Source: Bacteroidota bacterium (GTDB lineage Bacteria; Bacteroidota; Bacteroidia; Flavobacteriales_D; Crocinitomicaceae). Taken from it: DNA of 58,456 nt. Location: contig JBEDCS010000009.1 in the NCBI GenBank assembly GCA_041176605.1, positions 1 through 58,456 on the forward strand, written 5' to 3'. The notes beneath the pieces were generated by a model. The model was not told the DNA's origin, ran no database searches, and was given only the letters and a program-made list of their open reading frames with translations. Positions 1 through 8,111 of the stretch are shown here, piece by piece (the stretch's first letter is position 1; each line of letters opens with the position of its first letter). Position numbers and translations under genes: made by a program.

Positions 1-87
1 AACGAACTTCGGGCAAAAATTGAAAAGGAATACGGCACTACTCCATGGGGTAAGCGCCTGTTCGACGATATTTTCCGCTGGTTATAA
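1..87 (+). CDS. 3' end of an upstream gene (last 28 codons ...NELRAKIEKEYGTTPWGKRLFDDIFRWL*); product not recognisable
   Basis: Frame 1 is open from the window edge to TAA at 85-87. The fragment is too short to assign. Confidence 0.3.
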   Translation, partial: NELRAKIEKEYGTTPWGKRLFDDIFRWL

Positions 88-120
88 AAAACCTTTTATC
101 CTATTTTCTGTTCTGTTTGA

Positions 121-1086
121 ATGAAAACACTCGCTACCTATTCCGAGCTCATTGAAAATGCACTGCGCGATTTTAACTTACCTCAGCAACCTGCCAACCT
201 TTACGAGCCACTCAATTATTTTTTAAAGCTTGGTGGTAAAAGAATGCGGCCAATATTAACGCTTCTAGCTGCTGAAGCTTTTGGTAAACAAGCAAAAGAT
301 GGTCTTCAAGCAGCGCTAGCCGTAGAGCTTTTTCATAATTTTTCTTTGATTCACGATGACATCATGGATGCCGCACCCTTGCGCAGGGGGCAGCAAACTG
401 TTCATGAAAAATGGAATGCCAATATTGCCATTCTTTCAGGTGACGTTCTGCTCGTGAAGGCCTATCAATGCTTAGCAAACTACGAACCTGCAACGTTTCA
501 AAAGCTTTTTACTGTCTTTAACCAAACTGCTATTGAAGTCTGTGAAGGCCAGCAATACGATATGGATTTTGAGCAACGCGATGATGTCACTGAAGCAGCA
601 TATATCGAGATGATCAGACTCAAAACGTCAGTTTTATTGGGTTGTGCCCTTGAGTTAGGAGCTATCATTGGTGGTGCAGATACAATGGCTGCACAACAAA
701 TTTATCGCTTCGGAGAGCAACTGGGCTTGGCCTTTCAAATCCAAGACGACCTCCTTGATTTATTTGGAACAGAAGCTCAGGTTGGTAAACAAATTGGTGG
801 TGATGTTTTAGCCAATAAAAAAACACTGCTTTCCATTTCAGCAAAAAGCCTCGCGAATCCATCACAAAGAGCTGTTCTTGATCAAATTGCTCTGCTTGAA
901 AATGACGCAGAAAAAATTGCTCAGACGCAAAAAATATATCATGAACTAGGAGCAAAATCCTATTGTGAATCAAAGATGAACGTCTTTCATCAAGAAGCGC
1001 TCAAAGCCCTAGATCAAATAGAAAGTCAGCATTCAAAAGTTGCTTTTTATGAATTGGCAGATTTTTTATTGAATCGGGTGCATTAA
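121..1086 (+). CDS. Polyprenyl diphosphate synthase (FPP/GGPP synthase family)
   Basis: ATG at 121. Both Asp-rich motifs are present (LIHDDIMD and QIQDDLLD). 321 aa. Confidence 0.9.
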   Translation: MKTLATYSELIENALRDFNLPQQPANLYEPLNYFLKLGGKRMRPILTLLAAEAFGKQAKDGLQAALAVELFHNFSLIHDDIMDAAPLRRGQQTVHEKWNANIAILSGDVLLVKAYQCLANYEPATFQKLFTVFNQTAIEVCEGQQYDMDFEQRDDVTEAAYIEMIRLKTSVLLGCALELGAIIGGADTMAAQQIYRFGEQLGLAFQIQDDLLDLFGTEAQVGKQIGGDVLANKKTLLSISAKSLANPSQRAVLDQIALLENDAEKIAQTQKIYHELGAKSYCESKMNVFHQEALKALDQIESQHSKVAFYELADFLLNRVH

Positions 1087-1109
1087 AAAGGTTTTTGTAG
1101 CATTTTCGT

Positions 1110-1117
1110 TATATTTG
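1110..1117 (+). promoter_or_regulatory. Bacteroidetes-type -7 promoter box TATATTTG (TAnnTTTG)
   Basis: Exact match 21 nt upstream of ATG 1139. The track's TTG start at 1115 lies inside the box, which argues for ATG 1139. Confidence 0.4.
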
Positions 1118-1138
1118 TGGGAATCTAAATTATCCACA

Positions 1139-2950
1139 ATGAAAAAACTGTACTTTTCTTTTCTTGCCTTGACGGCAGCAGGTACTTTTCATGCACAAGT
1201 GAAAAGCATCAACGCACCGCGTCTAGACAAAAAAGCTTCTTTCGAAGTTGGGTCTAGCGTTGCGCACAAACCTTCAGCAGATGCGAAGGCAACTACAATT
1301 TGGTCTGATGACTTCTCAACTGCCGCTAACTGGGCAATTGCGAGCACAGGATCCAACCCTGAGCAATGGCACATCATTAACACGCCAAACTCAATTCCAG
1401 TTTCTGCAATGAGTCCTTTTGCCGCTCCTACCGCTGCAAATGGTTTCTTATTTGTAAACTCTGATGCCAACAATACACAGGACCAAGACGGTACGCCAAT
1501 TATCACTACTGCAACTACAGTAAATGCAATTAACTGTTCTGCACACAGTGTGGTAAAAGTAAAATACAACCACAACTTCCGTTGGTGGCATGACACACGT
1601 GGTATCCGCGTTTCTGGTGACAACGGTGTTACTTGGACAGAATTCCTTATTTCTGACGAAACTGACTACTTTACACCTAACCAAAACTCTGGCAACCCAG
1701 AAGTTACTGTAATCGATATTTCTTCTATCGCTGCAGGTCAGTCACAAGTTAAAATTCAATTTTACTACCACGACAACGACTACTGGGGATGGTATTGGGC
1801 AGTTGACGACGTAGAACTTTACGTACCTGAAGCAAACGACGTTAAATTGAATGGTGTTCTTTGGGGTTCTACAGGTTTTTGGGCTGAACGTTTGGCTTAC
1901 TACCAAGTTCCACAATCACAAGTAACTGAAGTTGAGTTTTCTGGTTTAGTAGAAAATATCGGTGCACAAAACCAAACAGATGCGGTTTTCACTGCAACAA
2001 CAGGTTCTTACACTGGTACTTCAGCTGCTACTCCAATTGCAGTTGGTCAAATTGATACTTTAGCATGTGCAACTTCTTTCACACCAGGTTCATCAATTGC
2101 TAACCATGCATTGTCTGCAAACGTTGCACTTGGTGTAACAGACGGCGACCCAAGTAATAACGCCTTGAATAACTTCGCTACAATCGCAGTAAACCCTTAT
2201 GTTTATTCACGTGACAACGGCACTGCACTTAACGGTTCATTCAACGGTGGTATGGGCTTTGAGGTAGGGAACATTTTTGATATTTTCTCAAACGTTTCTA
2301 TCGGTGGTGGTTCTGTATACATCAACGGTGCTGCTGAGCCAGGAGCTGAAATGTATCTTAAATTGTATTCTATCGATCCTGCAACCGGAGACTTCCTTTA
2401 TGTTGACGAAACAGGTCCTTACGTTTTACAAAACTCAGACCTAGATGCAGAAGTAACACTTTCTTTCTTAGGTGGAAGCTATCCATTGAATGCTGGTGAG
2501 TCTTACTTACTTGTAGCTGGTTCTAACGGTGACGGCGGTGCAACAAACGATTTAGTAGTTGGTACAGCTGGTCCTGCACCAGTACAAACGTGCTACTACT
2601 ACGACATGACTGACCTTACTTGGTACTACACAACTTCACAACCAATGGTTCGCATGAACTTCGACCCAGCTTTGGGTGTGAACGAAGAAGTAGCTAGCTT
2701 CGGTCTTGAAGTAGCTCCTAACCCAGCTGCAGATGCAACAAACGTGACTTTCACAGTGAAAAACACAACCGATGCCGTCATCAATGTAATTGACATGGCT
2801 GGTAAAGTTGTTGCTACACAAACTTTAGCTGGTATCAACGGTACACAAAACGTTGCGATCAACACAAGTGCATTGAACAACGGTATGTACACTGTAAGCG
2901 TTGCAGCTAACGGTACAATCGTTACTAAAAAATTAGCAATCCGCAAATAA
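1139..2950 (+). CDS. Secreted T9SS substrate of unknown function (adhesin-like N-terminal module plus T9SS C-terminal sorting domain)
   Basis: Signal peptide MKKLYFSFLALTAAGTFHAQ. The last ~80 aa (VAPNPAADATNVTFTV...NGMYTVSVAANGTIVTKKLAIRK) look like a type A Por secretion tail. The W-rich motif YWGWYWAVDDVELY resembles MAM/choice-of-anchor-J-type domains. Confidence 0.8.
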   Translation: MKKLYFSFLALTAAGTFHAQVKSINAPRLDKKASFEVGSSVAHKPSADAKATTIWSDDFSTAANWAIASTGSNPEQWHIINTPNSIPVSAMSPFAAPTAANGFLFVNSDANNTQDQDGTPIITTATTVNAINCSAHSVVKVKYNHNFRWWHDTRGIRVSGDNGVTWTEFLISDETDYFTPNQNSGNPEVTVIDISSIAAGQSQVKIQFYYHDNDYWGWYWAVDDVELYVPEANDVKLNGVLWGSTGFWAERLAYYQVPQSQVTEVEFSGLVENIGAQNQTDAVFTATTGSYTGTSAATPIAVGQIDTLACATSFTPGSSIANHALSANVALGVTDGDPSNNALNNFATIAVNPYVYSRDNGTALNGSFNGGMGFEVGNIFDIFSNVSIGGGSVYINGAAEPGAEMYLKLYSIDPATGDFLYVDETGPYVLQNSDLDAEVTLSFLGGSYPLNAGESYLLVAGSNGDGGATNDLVVGTAGPAPVQTCYYYDMTDLTWYYTTSQPMVRMNFDPALGVNEEVASFGLEVAPNPAADATNVTFTVKNTTDAVINVIDMAGKVVATQTLAGINGTQNVAINTSALNNGMYTVSVAANGTIVTKKLAIRK

Positions 2951-2976
2951 GCGAATGTGAAAAGCTAAATTGAAAA

Positions 2977-3001
2977 GGGAGCCCTCGGGCTCCCTTTTTT
3001 A
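2977..3001 (+). terminator. Rho-independent terminator
   Basis: GGGAGCCC-tc-GGGCTCCC hairpin followed by a T run, 27 nt after the stop codon. Confidence 0.75.
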
Positions 3002-3074
3002 TTGGAATAAATATTTCATAAAGTCTTATTAAATAGCAACTTAAGCTTTATCAAATAAACGATGAATGGTAATG

Positions 3075-3836
3075 CTAACGTAGGCTAAAAGCCAACACGG
3101 CATCTAAAAACGCATCAGGGGCTTCGGCATGTACCCAATGTCCGGCATTGGCAATAGAGACCAATTGCATGTCTGGGTATTGCTCTTCTAAGGAAGTGAT
3201 ATCTTCATCCAAAATGTAGTTGGAAAGCAAACCTCGAATAAATAAGGTTGGCGTAAAAGACTCAAAAGCAGGTAGGGCTTTTAAAATCTCGGGCATACTG
3301 GCTTCTAGTACAGGGAAATTTACTCGCCAAGCTAATTTACCTTTGTCTTCCCAATATAGATTCTTCAATAAGAATTGTCGGACACCTTCTGAATCAATGA
3401 AAGATTTCAAAATGGCCTCGGCCTGGCTCCTGGCCGTCATTTCACTGAGGTCAATGGCATGAATAGCCGCCAAAATGTGGTCATGGTGCGGTGCATAAGC
3501 CTTGATACCCATATCGACAACAATGAGCTTTTCAAGTGAATTAGGGAAAGTGTCATCGTAATGCATGCCCAATTTACCACCCATAGAATGACCAAGTAAA
3601 ATTGGGTTTGTTATTTGTAAGTCCTGAAACAATGCGTGGAGGTCTTCCACCATTAGCGCATAACTAAACTCATCGGACCAAGGTGAATGCCCATGATTTC
3701 TAAGATCGACAAGCGTTACTTGAAAATATTCGGCCAATTTTTTGGCATGTGTTTGCCAATTGTCAGAAAAGCCAAACAAACCATGTAAGATGACTAATGG
3801 TTTACCCTCACCTAATTGCTTAAAGGATAGTTTCAT
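3075..3836 (-). CDS. Alpha/beta-fold hydrolase (esterase family)
   Basis: Nucleophile elbow GHSMGG and HG oxyanion motif (ILHGLFG). 253 aa. Its start overlaps the upstream gene's stop by 4 nt. Confidence 0.85.
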   Translation of the reverse strand: MKLSFKQLGEGKPLVILHGLFGFSDNWQTHAKKLAEYFQVTLVDLRNHGHSPWSDEFSYALMVEDLHALFQDLQITNPILLGHSMGGKLGMHYDDTFPNSLEKLIVVDMGIKAYAPHHDHILAAIHAIDLSEMTARSQAEAILKSFIDSEGVRQFLLKNLYWEDKGKLAWRVNFPVLEASMPEILKALPAFESFTPTLFIRGLLSNYILDEDITSLEEQYPDMQLVSIANAGHWVHAEAPDAFLDAVLAFSLR

Positions 3837-4201
3837 TTGAGGTTTGTAGGTGTTCCTTTGATTCTTGCTGTAAATTGCTGATCATTGATTGTTGAGAGTA
3901 AGCTCAGCATTTGTGAAGGAGCAATTTGTTTGCGGTCATAATGTACCAATATTGTTTGCTCCTCGATACTATCGATATAATTGACCTCAACACGCGCAAC
4001 GGCACAGGTTTCTTTTAAGGCTTTGCGGATGCTTCCGCCACAGCCCATCTGGCAAACCATACCTTTAACTCCAAGTTCAATAGTTGTATTTGCCTGCACT
4101 TGCTGACAAGCTTTCTCTTGCGGTTCATGAGTAGAAGCCGGCTTTTTGGCATCACAAGACCACAATATAAAAGCTAAAAAGAATGGAAAGACGTATTTCA
4201 T
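3833..4201 (-). CDS. Heavy-metal-associated (HMA) domain lipoprotein
   Basis: Lipobox FILWSC. Metal-binding-type motif GMVCQMGCGGS in a ferredoxin-like-sized domain. 122 aa. Confidence 0.7.
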   Translation of the reverse strand: MKYVFPFFLAFILWSCDAKKPASTHEPQEKACQQVQANTTIELGVKGMVCQMGCGGSIRKALKETCAVARVEVNYIDSIEEQTILVHYDRKQIAPSQMLSLLSTINDQQFTARIKGTPTNLK

Positions 4202-4205
4202 GCGA

Positions 4206-4213
4206 CAAAATTA
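4206..4213 (-). promoter_or_regulatory. -7 box TAATTTTG placed 4 nt before the HMA gene ATG (predicts a leaderless mRNA)
   Basis: The minus strand reads TAATTTTG-tcgc-ATG. Confidence 0.4.
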
Positions 4214-4245
4214 AACTAGTTCTTGAATAAGTTCAAGTGAATGTG

Positions 4246-4253
4246 TAGATTTG
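4246..4253 (+). promoter_or_regulatory. -7 box TAGATTTG for the lipoprotein pair
   Basis: Exact TAnnTTTG match 15 nt upstream of ATG 4269. The track's start at 4251 lies inside the box. Confidence 0.4.
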
Positions 4254-4268
4254 TTCAAACTTGAAATC

Positions 4269-4727
4269 ATGAAAAAACTATTTTTTATCGCAATGAGTGC
4301 CCTTTTCATCGGCGCTGGTGCACTTACCTCTTGTAGCAAATATGCAGAAGGTCCAAGCTTGGCTTTGTCTTCAAAAACATCGCGTCTTGCAGGTACTTGG
4401 GTTCTTTCTGCTAAAACACTTAATGGTGTCAACGCAGTAGACGCTGGTTACTCAGAAACACTAATAATTGAAAAGGACGGATCTTTTAAAGACACCGCTA
4501 AAATCAGCTATTTAGGATTCAATTATACTGGCCCAGTTGCCGGAACTTGGAGTTTTTCAGAAGACAAAATGCAAGTGGCCTTTAATTCTAGCGGAACCAA
4601 TACCACTTTCACTATCAACGGAAACAACACTTGGAATATCATCAAATTAGCCAAGGATGAAATTAAATTTGAAAGAATTGGCAGTAACAACAGCGTTACA
4701 GCCATGACTTACATTCCTAAAAACTAA
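4269..4727 (+). CDS. Lipocalin-like lipoprotein, unknown function (paralog 1)
   Basis: Signal/lipobox MKKLFFIAMSALFIGAGALTSC, then SKYAEGPSLALSSKTSRLAGTWVL. Similar to the next gene. Confidence 0.7.
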   Translation: MKKLFFIAMSALFIGAGALTSCSKYAEGPSLALSSKTSRLAGTWVLSAKTLNGVNAVDAGYSETLIIEKDGSFKDTAKISYLGFNYTGPVAGTWSFSEDKMQVAFNSSGTNTTFTINGNNTWNIIKLAKDEIKFERIGSNNSVTAMTYIPKN

Positions 4728-4733
4728 TCTCAG

Positions 4734-5168
4734 ATGAAGCGTTTACTTTTCACTTTTTCATTGGTAACTCTTGGATTGAGTGCCTGTTCGAAATTCTCAG
4801 AAGGGCCCAATTTTTCTTTGCAAACAAAGAAGGCACGTTTGTGCAATGACTGGAAACTCGCAGATTACGTGCTCAACGGCAACAATATCTACGATGCCGC
4901 AGTTACTTCAAAAATGAGCATCGACAAAGATGGCACCTACTCTATGTCAAATTTCAGCAATGAGCTCGGACAAATCCAAGGAACATATAGCCATGGTACC
5001 TGGAAATTTGGAGGGGATTCCACGATTCTTTACATGTACGAGGATACCACGACGATCAATCCTGTACACGAATATACGGTCAAGGAATTGCGTAGCAAAC
5101 GCATGGTCTTGGAAGAAGAAGTTTTTCAGACTGGAGATGTTCACCGCGTAACGTATATCCAGCAATAA
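4734..5168 (+). CDS. Lipocalin-like lipoprotein, unknown function (paralog 2)
   Basis: Lipobox LGLSAC, then SKFSEGPNFSLQTKKARLCNDWKL, parallel to paralog 1. 6-nt spacer from paralog 1. Confidence 0.7.
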   Translation: MKRLLFTFSLVTLGLSACSKFSEGPNFSLQTKKARLCNDWKLADYVLNGNNIYDAAVTSKMSIDKDGTYSMSNFSNELGQIQGTYSHGTWKFGGDSTILYMYEDTTTINPVHEYTVKELRSKRMVLEEEVFQTGDVHRVTYIQQ

Positions 5169-5182
5169 CTAAATTAACATTC

Positions 5183-5217
5183 AAAAAAAATGCCTTTCAA
5201 TGAAAGGCATTTTTTTT
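5183..5217. terminator. Bidirectional rho-independent terminator
   Basis: A8-TGCCTTTCA-a-TGAAAGGCA-T8 between convergent genes. Confidence 0.75.
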
Positions 5218-5237
5218 GAATGAAACTTTTTAAAAGG

Positions 5238-5762
5238 CTAAACGAATTTAGGATCTGTTTCCATAATATGCCCACAAGCTTTACAGGTTCTCATTTCTTC
5301 AGAACCATAAAACTCTTTAAAGCGAGGAAGAAAATCTTTCTCAATGTTTTCTAGTGCAAAACGATAAGTATGCAAATGATTGTTGCACTGCTCACAAAAC
5401 CACATAAGGCCATCCTGAAGATTGGTGCCGGTTCTGACACGTTCAATCACTAATCCAATCGTGTTTTCACCCCTGGCAGGAGAATGTGGCGTGTTGGCAG
5501 GCAATAAAAACATTTCACCTTCTTTCACGATAATGTCTTTGGCCTTTCCTTCGTGTTGAATACGAACATTTACGTCTCCTTCAAGTTGATAGAAAAGCTC
5601 TTCACCTTCGTTGTAATGGTAATCCTTGCGGGCATTAGGACCTGCAACTATCATCACGATGAAATCACCTGCCTCTTTGTACAAGTTTTTATTAGAAACT
5701 GGTGGCTTGAGTAGGTCTCGATTTTCATCGATCCATTTTTGAAGATTGAAAGGTGCCAACAT
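5238..5762 (-). CDS. 3-hydroxyanthranilate 3,4-dioxygenase (cupin; kynurenine/NAD pathway)
   Basis: Cupin core ...GPNARKDYHYNEGEELFYQLEGD...LLPANTPHSP and a C-terminal CxxC...CxxC site. ATG 5762 (MLAPFNLQKW) avoids overlap with the upstream gene, whereas the track start 5855 would overlap it by 83 nt. Confidence 0.85.
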   Translation of the reverse strand: MLAPFNLQKWIDENRDLLKPPVSNKNLYKEAGDFIVMIVAGPNARKDYHYNEGEELFYQLEGDVNVRIQHEGKAKDIIVKEGEMFLLPANTPHSPARGENTIGLVIERVRTGTNLQDGLMWFCEQCNNHLHTYRFALENIEKDFLPRFKEFYGSEEMRTCKACGHIMETDPKFV

Positions 5763-5772
5763 AAGCGTTTGT

Positions 5773-6915
5773 TTAGGCGTTAAGTATCCCTCTTGAAATA
5801 ACGATTTTTTGTACTTCTGAAGTTCCTTCGTAGATCTGAGTGATTTTGGCATCACGCATCATGCGTTCTACATGGTATTCTTTAACAAAACCGTAGCCTC
5901 CGTGAATTTGGACAGCTTCAACCGTTTGTTCCATGGCAACTTTAGAAGCATAAAGCTTGGCCATTGCACCTGATTGGTCATAATTGCGGCCAGCATCTTT
6001 GTCTTGGGCTGCTTTGTAAACAAGTAGACGCGCAGCTTCAATTTCAGTGGCCATGTCTGCCAATTTAAAAGAAATAGCTTGGTGCTTATAGATTTCTTTA
6101 CCAAATGCTTGGCGTTCTTTAGAATAAGCAGCTGCCAATTCAAAAGCACCAGCTGCAATACCTAAGGCCTGAGAAGCGATACCAATGCGACCACCAGAAA
6201 GTGTTTTCATGGCGAATTTAAAGCCGAAGCCGTCTTCACCGATGCGATTTTCTTTCGGGACCTTGACATCATTGAATAATAGCGTATGTGTATCGCTACC
6301 GCGGATACCCATTTTATCTTCTTTGGCACCTACTACAAAACCTTCCATTCCGCGTTCTACGATAAGGGCGTTGATGCCTTTGTGACCTAATTCTGGGTTA
6401 GTTTGAGCAATAACTAAGTAAATAGAAGCTGAAGAACCATTGGTAATCCAGTTTTTGGTACCATTAAGTAAGTAGTGGTCACCCATGTCAACTGCCGTCG
6501 TGCGTTGTGAAGTCGCATCTGAGCCTGCTTCAGGTTCAGATAAACAGAAAGCACCGATTTTTTCTCCTTTGGCCAGTGGAACAAGGTATTTTTGTTTTTG
6601 TTCTTCTGATCCGAAATGTTCAAGACCCCAACAAACCAACGAGTTGTTGACAGACATACAAACAGAAGCAGAAGCATCTACCTTAGAAATTTCTTCCATA
6701 GCGAGTACATAAGAAAGTGTATCCATGCCACTTCCTCCGTATTTAGGATCAACCATCATACCCATAAAACCGAGCTCGCCGAGTTGTTTGATTTCCTCAG
6801 CAGGAAATTTCTGTAGGTTATCTCTTTCAATCACGCCAGGCTTCAGGACGTTTTGCGCAAAATCGCGGGCTGCTTCCTTAACGGCTAGATGTTCTTCGGT
6901 GAGTTCAAAATTCAT
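5773..6915 (-). CDS. Acyl-CoA dehydrogenase (short/medium-chain type)
   Basis: 380 aa, full-length ACAD architecture. C-terminal ...YEGTSEVQ motif region. Confidence 0.9.
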   Translation of the reverse strand: MNFELTEEHLAVKEAARDFAQNVLKPGVIERDNLQKFPAEEIKQLGELGFMGMMVDPKYGGSGMDTLSYVLAMEEISKVDASASVCMSVNNSLVCWGLEHFGSEEQKQKYLVPLAKGEKIGAFCLSEPEAGSDATSQRTTAVDMGDHYLLNGTKNWITNGSSASIYLVIAQTNPELGHKGINALIVERGMEGFVVGAKEDKMGIRGSDTHTLLFNDVKVPKENRIGEDGFGFKFAMKTLSGGRIGIASQALGIAAGAFELAAAYSKERQAFGKEIYKHQAISFKLADMATEIEAARLLVYKAAQDKDAGRNYDQSGAMAKLYASKVAMEQTVEAVQIHGGYGFVKEYHVERMMRDAKITQIYEGTSEVQKIVISRGILNA

Positions 6916-6934
6916 GTTGACTGATTTATAATTT

Positions 6935-6951
6935 TAATTTTGACAAAAATA
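6935..6951. promoter_or_regulatory. Back-to-back -7 boxes: TAATTTTG (+, 6935-6942) and TATTTTTG (-, 6944-6951)
   Basis: Exact TAnnTTTG matches on both strands in the 53-nt divergent spacer between the acyl-CoA dehydrogenase gene and anmK. Confidence 0.4.
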
Positions 6952-6968
6952 AACGAATTCCCCTATTC

Positions 6969-8069
6969 TTGAAAGCAAAAGACACGAATAAAATACAGCT
7001 GCTTGGTCTGATGTCCGGAACATCATTGGATGGGCTAGATATTGCCCATGTTGAATTTGAATTTCATACTAATCAAAACCCTGTTTTTCAAATCATTAAT
7101 GCCCAAACCATTTCTTATCCAGAGGCCCTGCTTTCAAAACTCAAAACGAGTACACAAATGTCGAGCCCGGCTCTTTTTCACTTGCATCATGAACTTGGGT
7201 TATACTATGCAAAATGCGTACATGAATTTTGCGAAAACTACACTATTGATGCAGCTCAAATAGCAGCCATTGCAGCGCACGGACAAACTATTTTTCATCA
7301 ACCCGAACAAGGATTCACCGTTCAAATTGGCTGTGGCGTAACATTGAATTACCACACCCAAATTCCAGTAATCAATGATTTCAGAACGCTCGATGTGGTA
7401 GCAGGCGGGCAAGGTGCCCCCTTAGTACCCATTGGTGACGCCTTACTTTTTAGCGACCAAGCCGATGGATTTCTAAATCTAGGAGGATTCGCCAATGTAT
7501 CTTGTCAAAAAAATGGAACACATGTGGCATTTGACATCGCGCCAGCCAATTTACCGCTCAATCTCTGGATGCGCGAAATTGGACGTGAATTTGATGAAAA
7601 CGGAAATTTAGCCAGCACAGGTAAAGTTGATGCCGCCGTTCTTGAAAAACTCTTGGCGCTTCCCTATTTTACGCAAACTGGACCGAAATCTTTAGGTACC
7701 GAATGGATGCAGTCGCAGTACCTTCCCTTCTTTGATGAATTATCATTGGCTGATAAACTCCGTACGCATATCGAATTACTAAGTATCATCACTGCACAAG
7801 ATTTCCATCAGCTCGGGCTTCAAAAAGTGCTCGTGACAGGAGGTGGGGCTTTTAATGCGTTGCTGATGCAAAACATTGCTGGGAAATTTAATGGCGATTT
7901 GATGATACCAGATCAAAAAATTATTGCTTTCAAGGAAGCCCTGATCTTTGCATTTCTTGGTGCCCGATTTATTCGAAAAGAGGTCACAACCATTGCAAGT
8001 GTTACAGGAGCAAGTGAAGCACTCTGTACCGGAACCCTACATGATTACCAAGGAAAACTCTCTAGATAA
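6969..8069 (+). CDS. anmK: Anhydro-N-acetylmuramic acid kinase
   Basis: N-terminal LLGLMSGTSLDGLDIA signature. 366 aa. Apparent TTG start at 6969 (the first ATG at 7011 would remove the conserved N-terminus). Confidence 0.85.
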   Translation: MKAKDTNKIQLLGLMSGTSLDGLDIAHVEFEFHTNQNPVFQIINAQTISYPEALLSKLKTSTQMSSPALFHLHHELGLYYAKCVHEFCENYTIDAAQIAAIAAHGQTIFHQPEQGFTVQIGCGVTLNYHTQIPVINDFRTLDVVAGGQGAPLVPIGDALLFSDQADGFLNLGGFANVSCQKNGTHVAFDIAPANLPLNLWMREIGREFDENGNLASTGKVDAAVLEKLLALPYFTQTGPKSLGTEWMQSQYLPFFDELSLADKLRTHIELLSIITAQDFHQLGLQKVLVTGGGAFNALLMQNIAGKFNGDLMIPDQKIIAFKEALIFAFLGARFIRKEVTTIASVTGASEALCTGTLHDYQGKLSR

Positions 8070-8079
8070 TAAATATTGG

Positions 8080-8087
8080 TAATTTTG
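8080..8087 (+). promoter_or_regulatory. -7 box TAATTTTG
   Basis: Lies downstream of the track's TTG start (8076) and 24 nt upstream of ATG 8112, which supports ATG 8112. Confidence 0.4.
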
Positions 8088-8111
8088 CCCAGCAAAGAAA
8101 CAACACACAAG

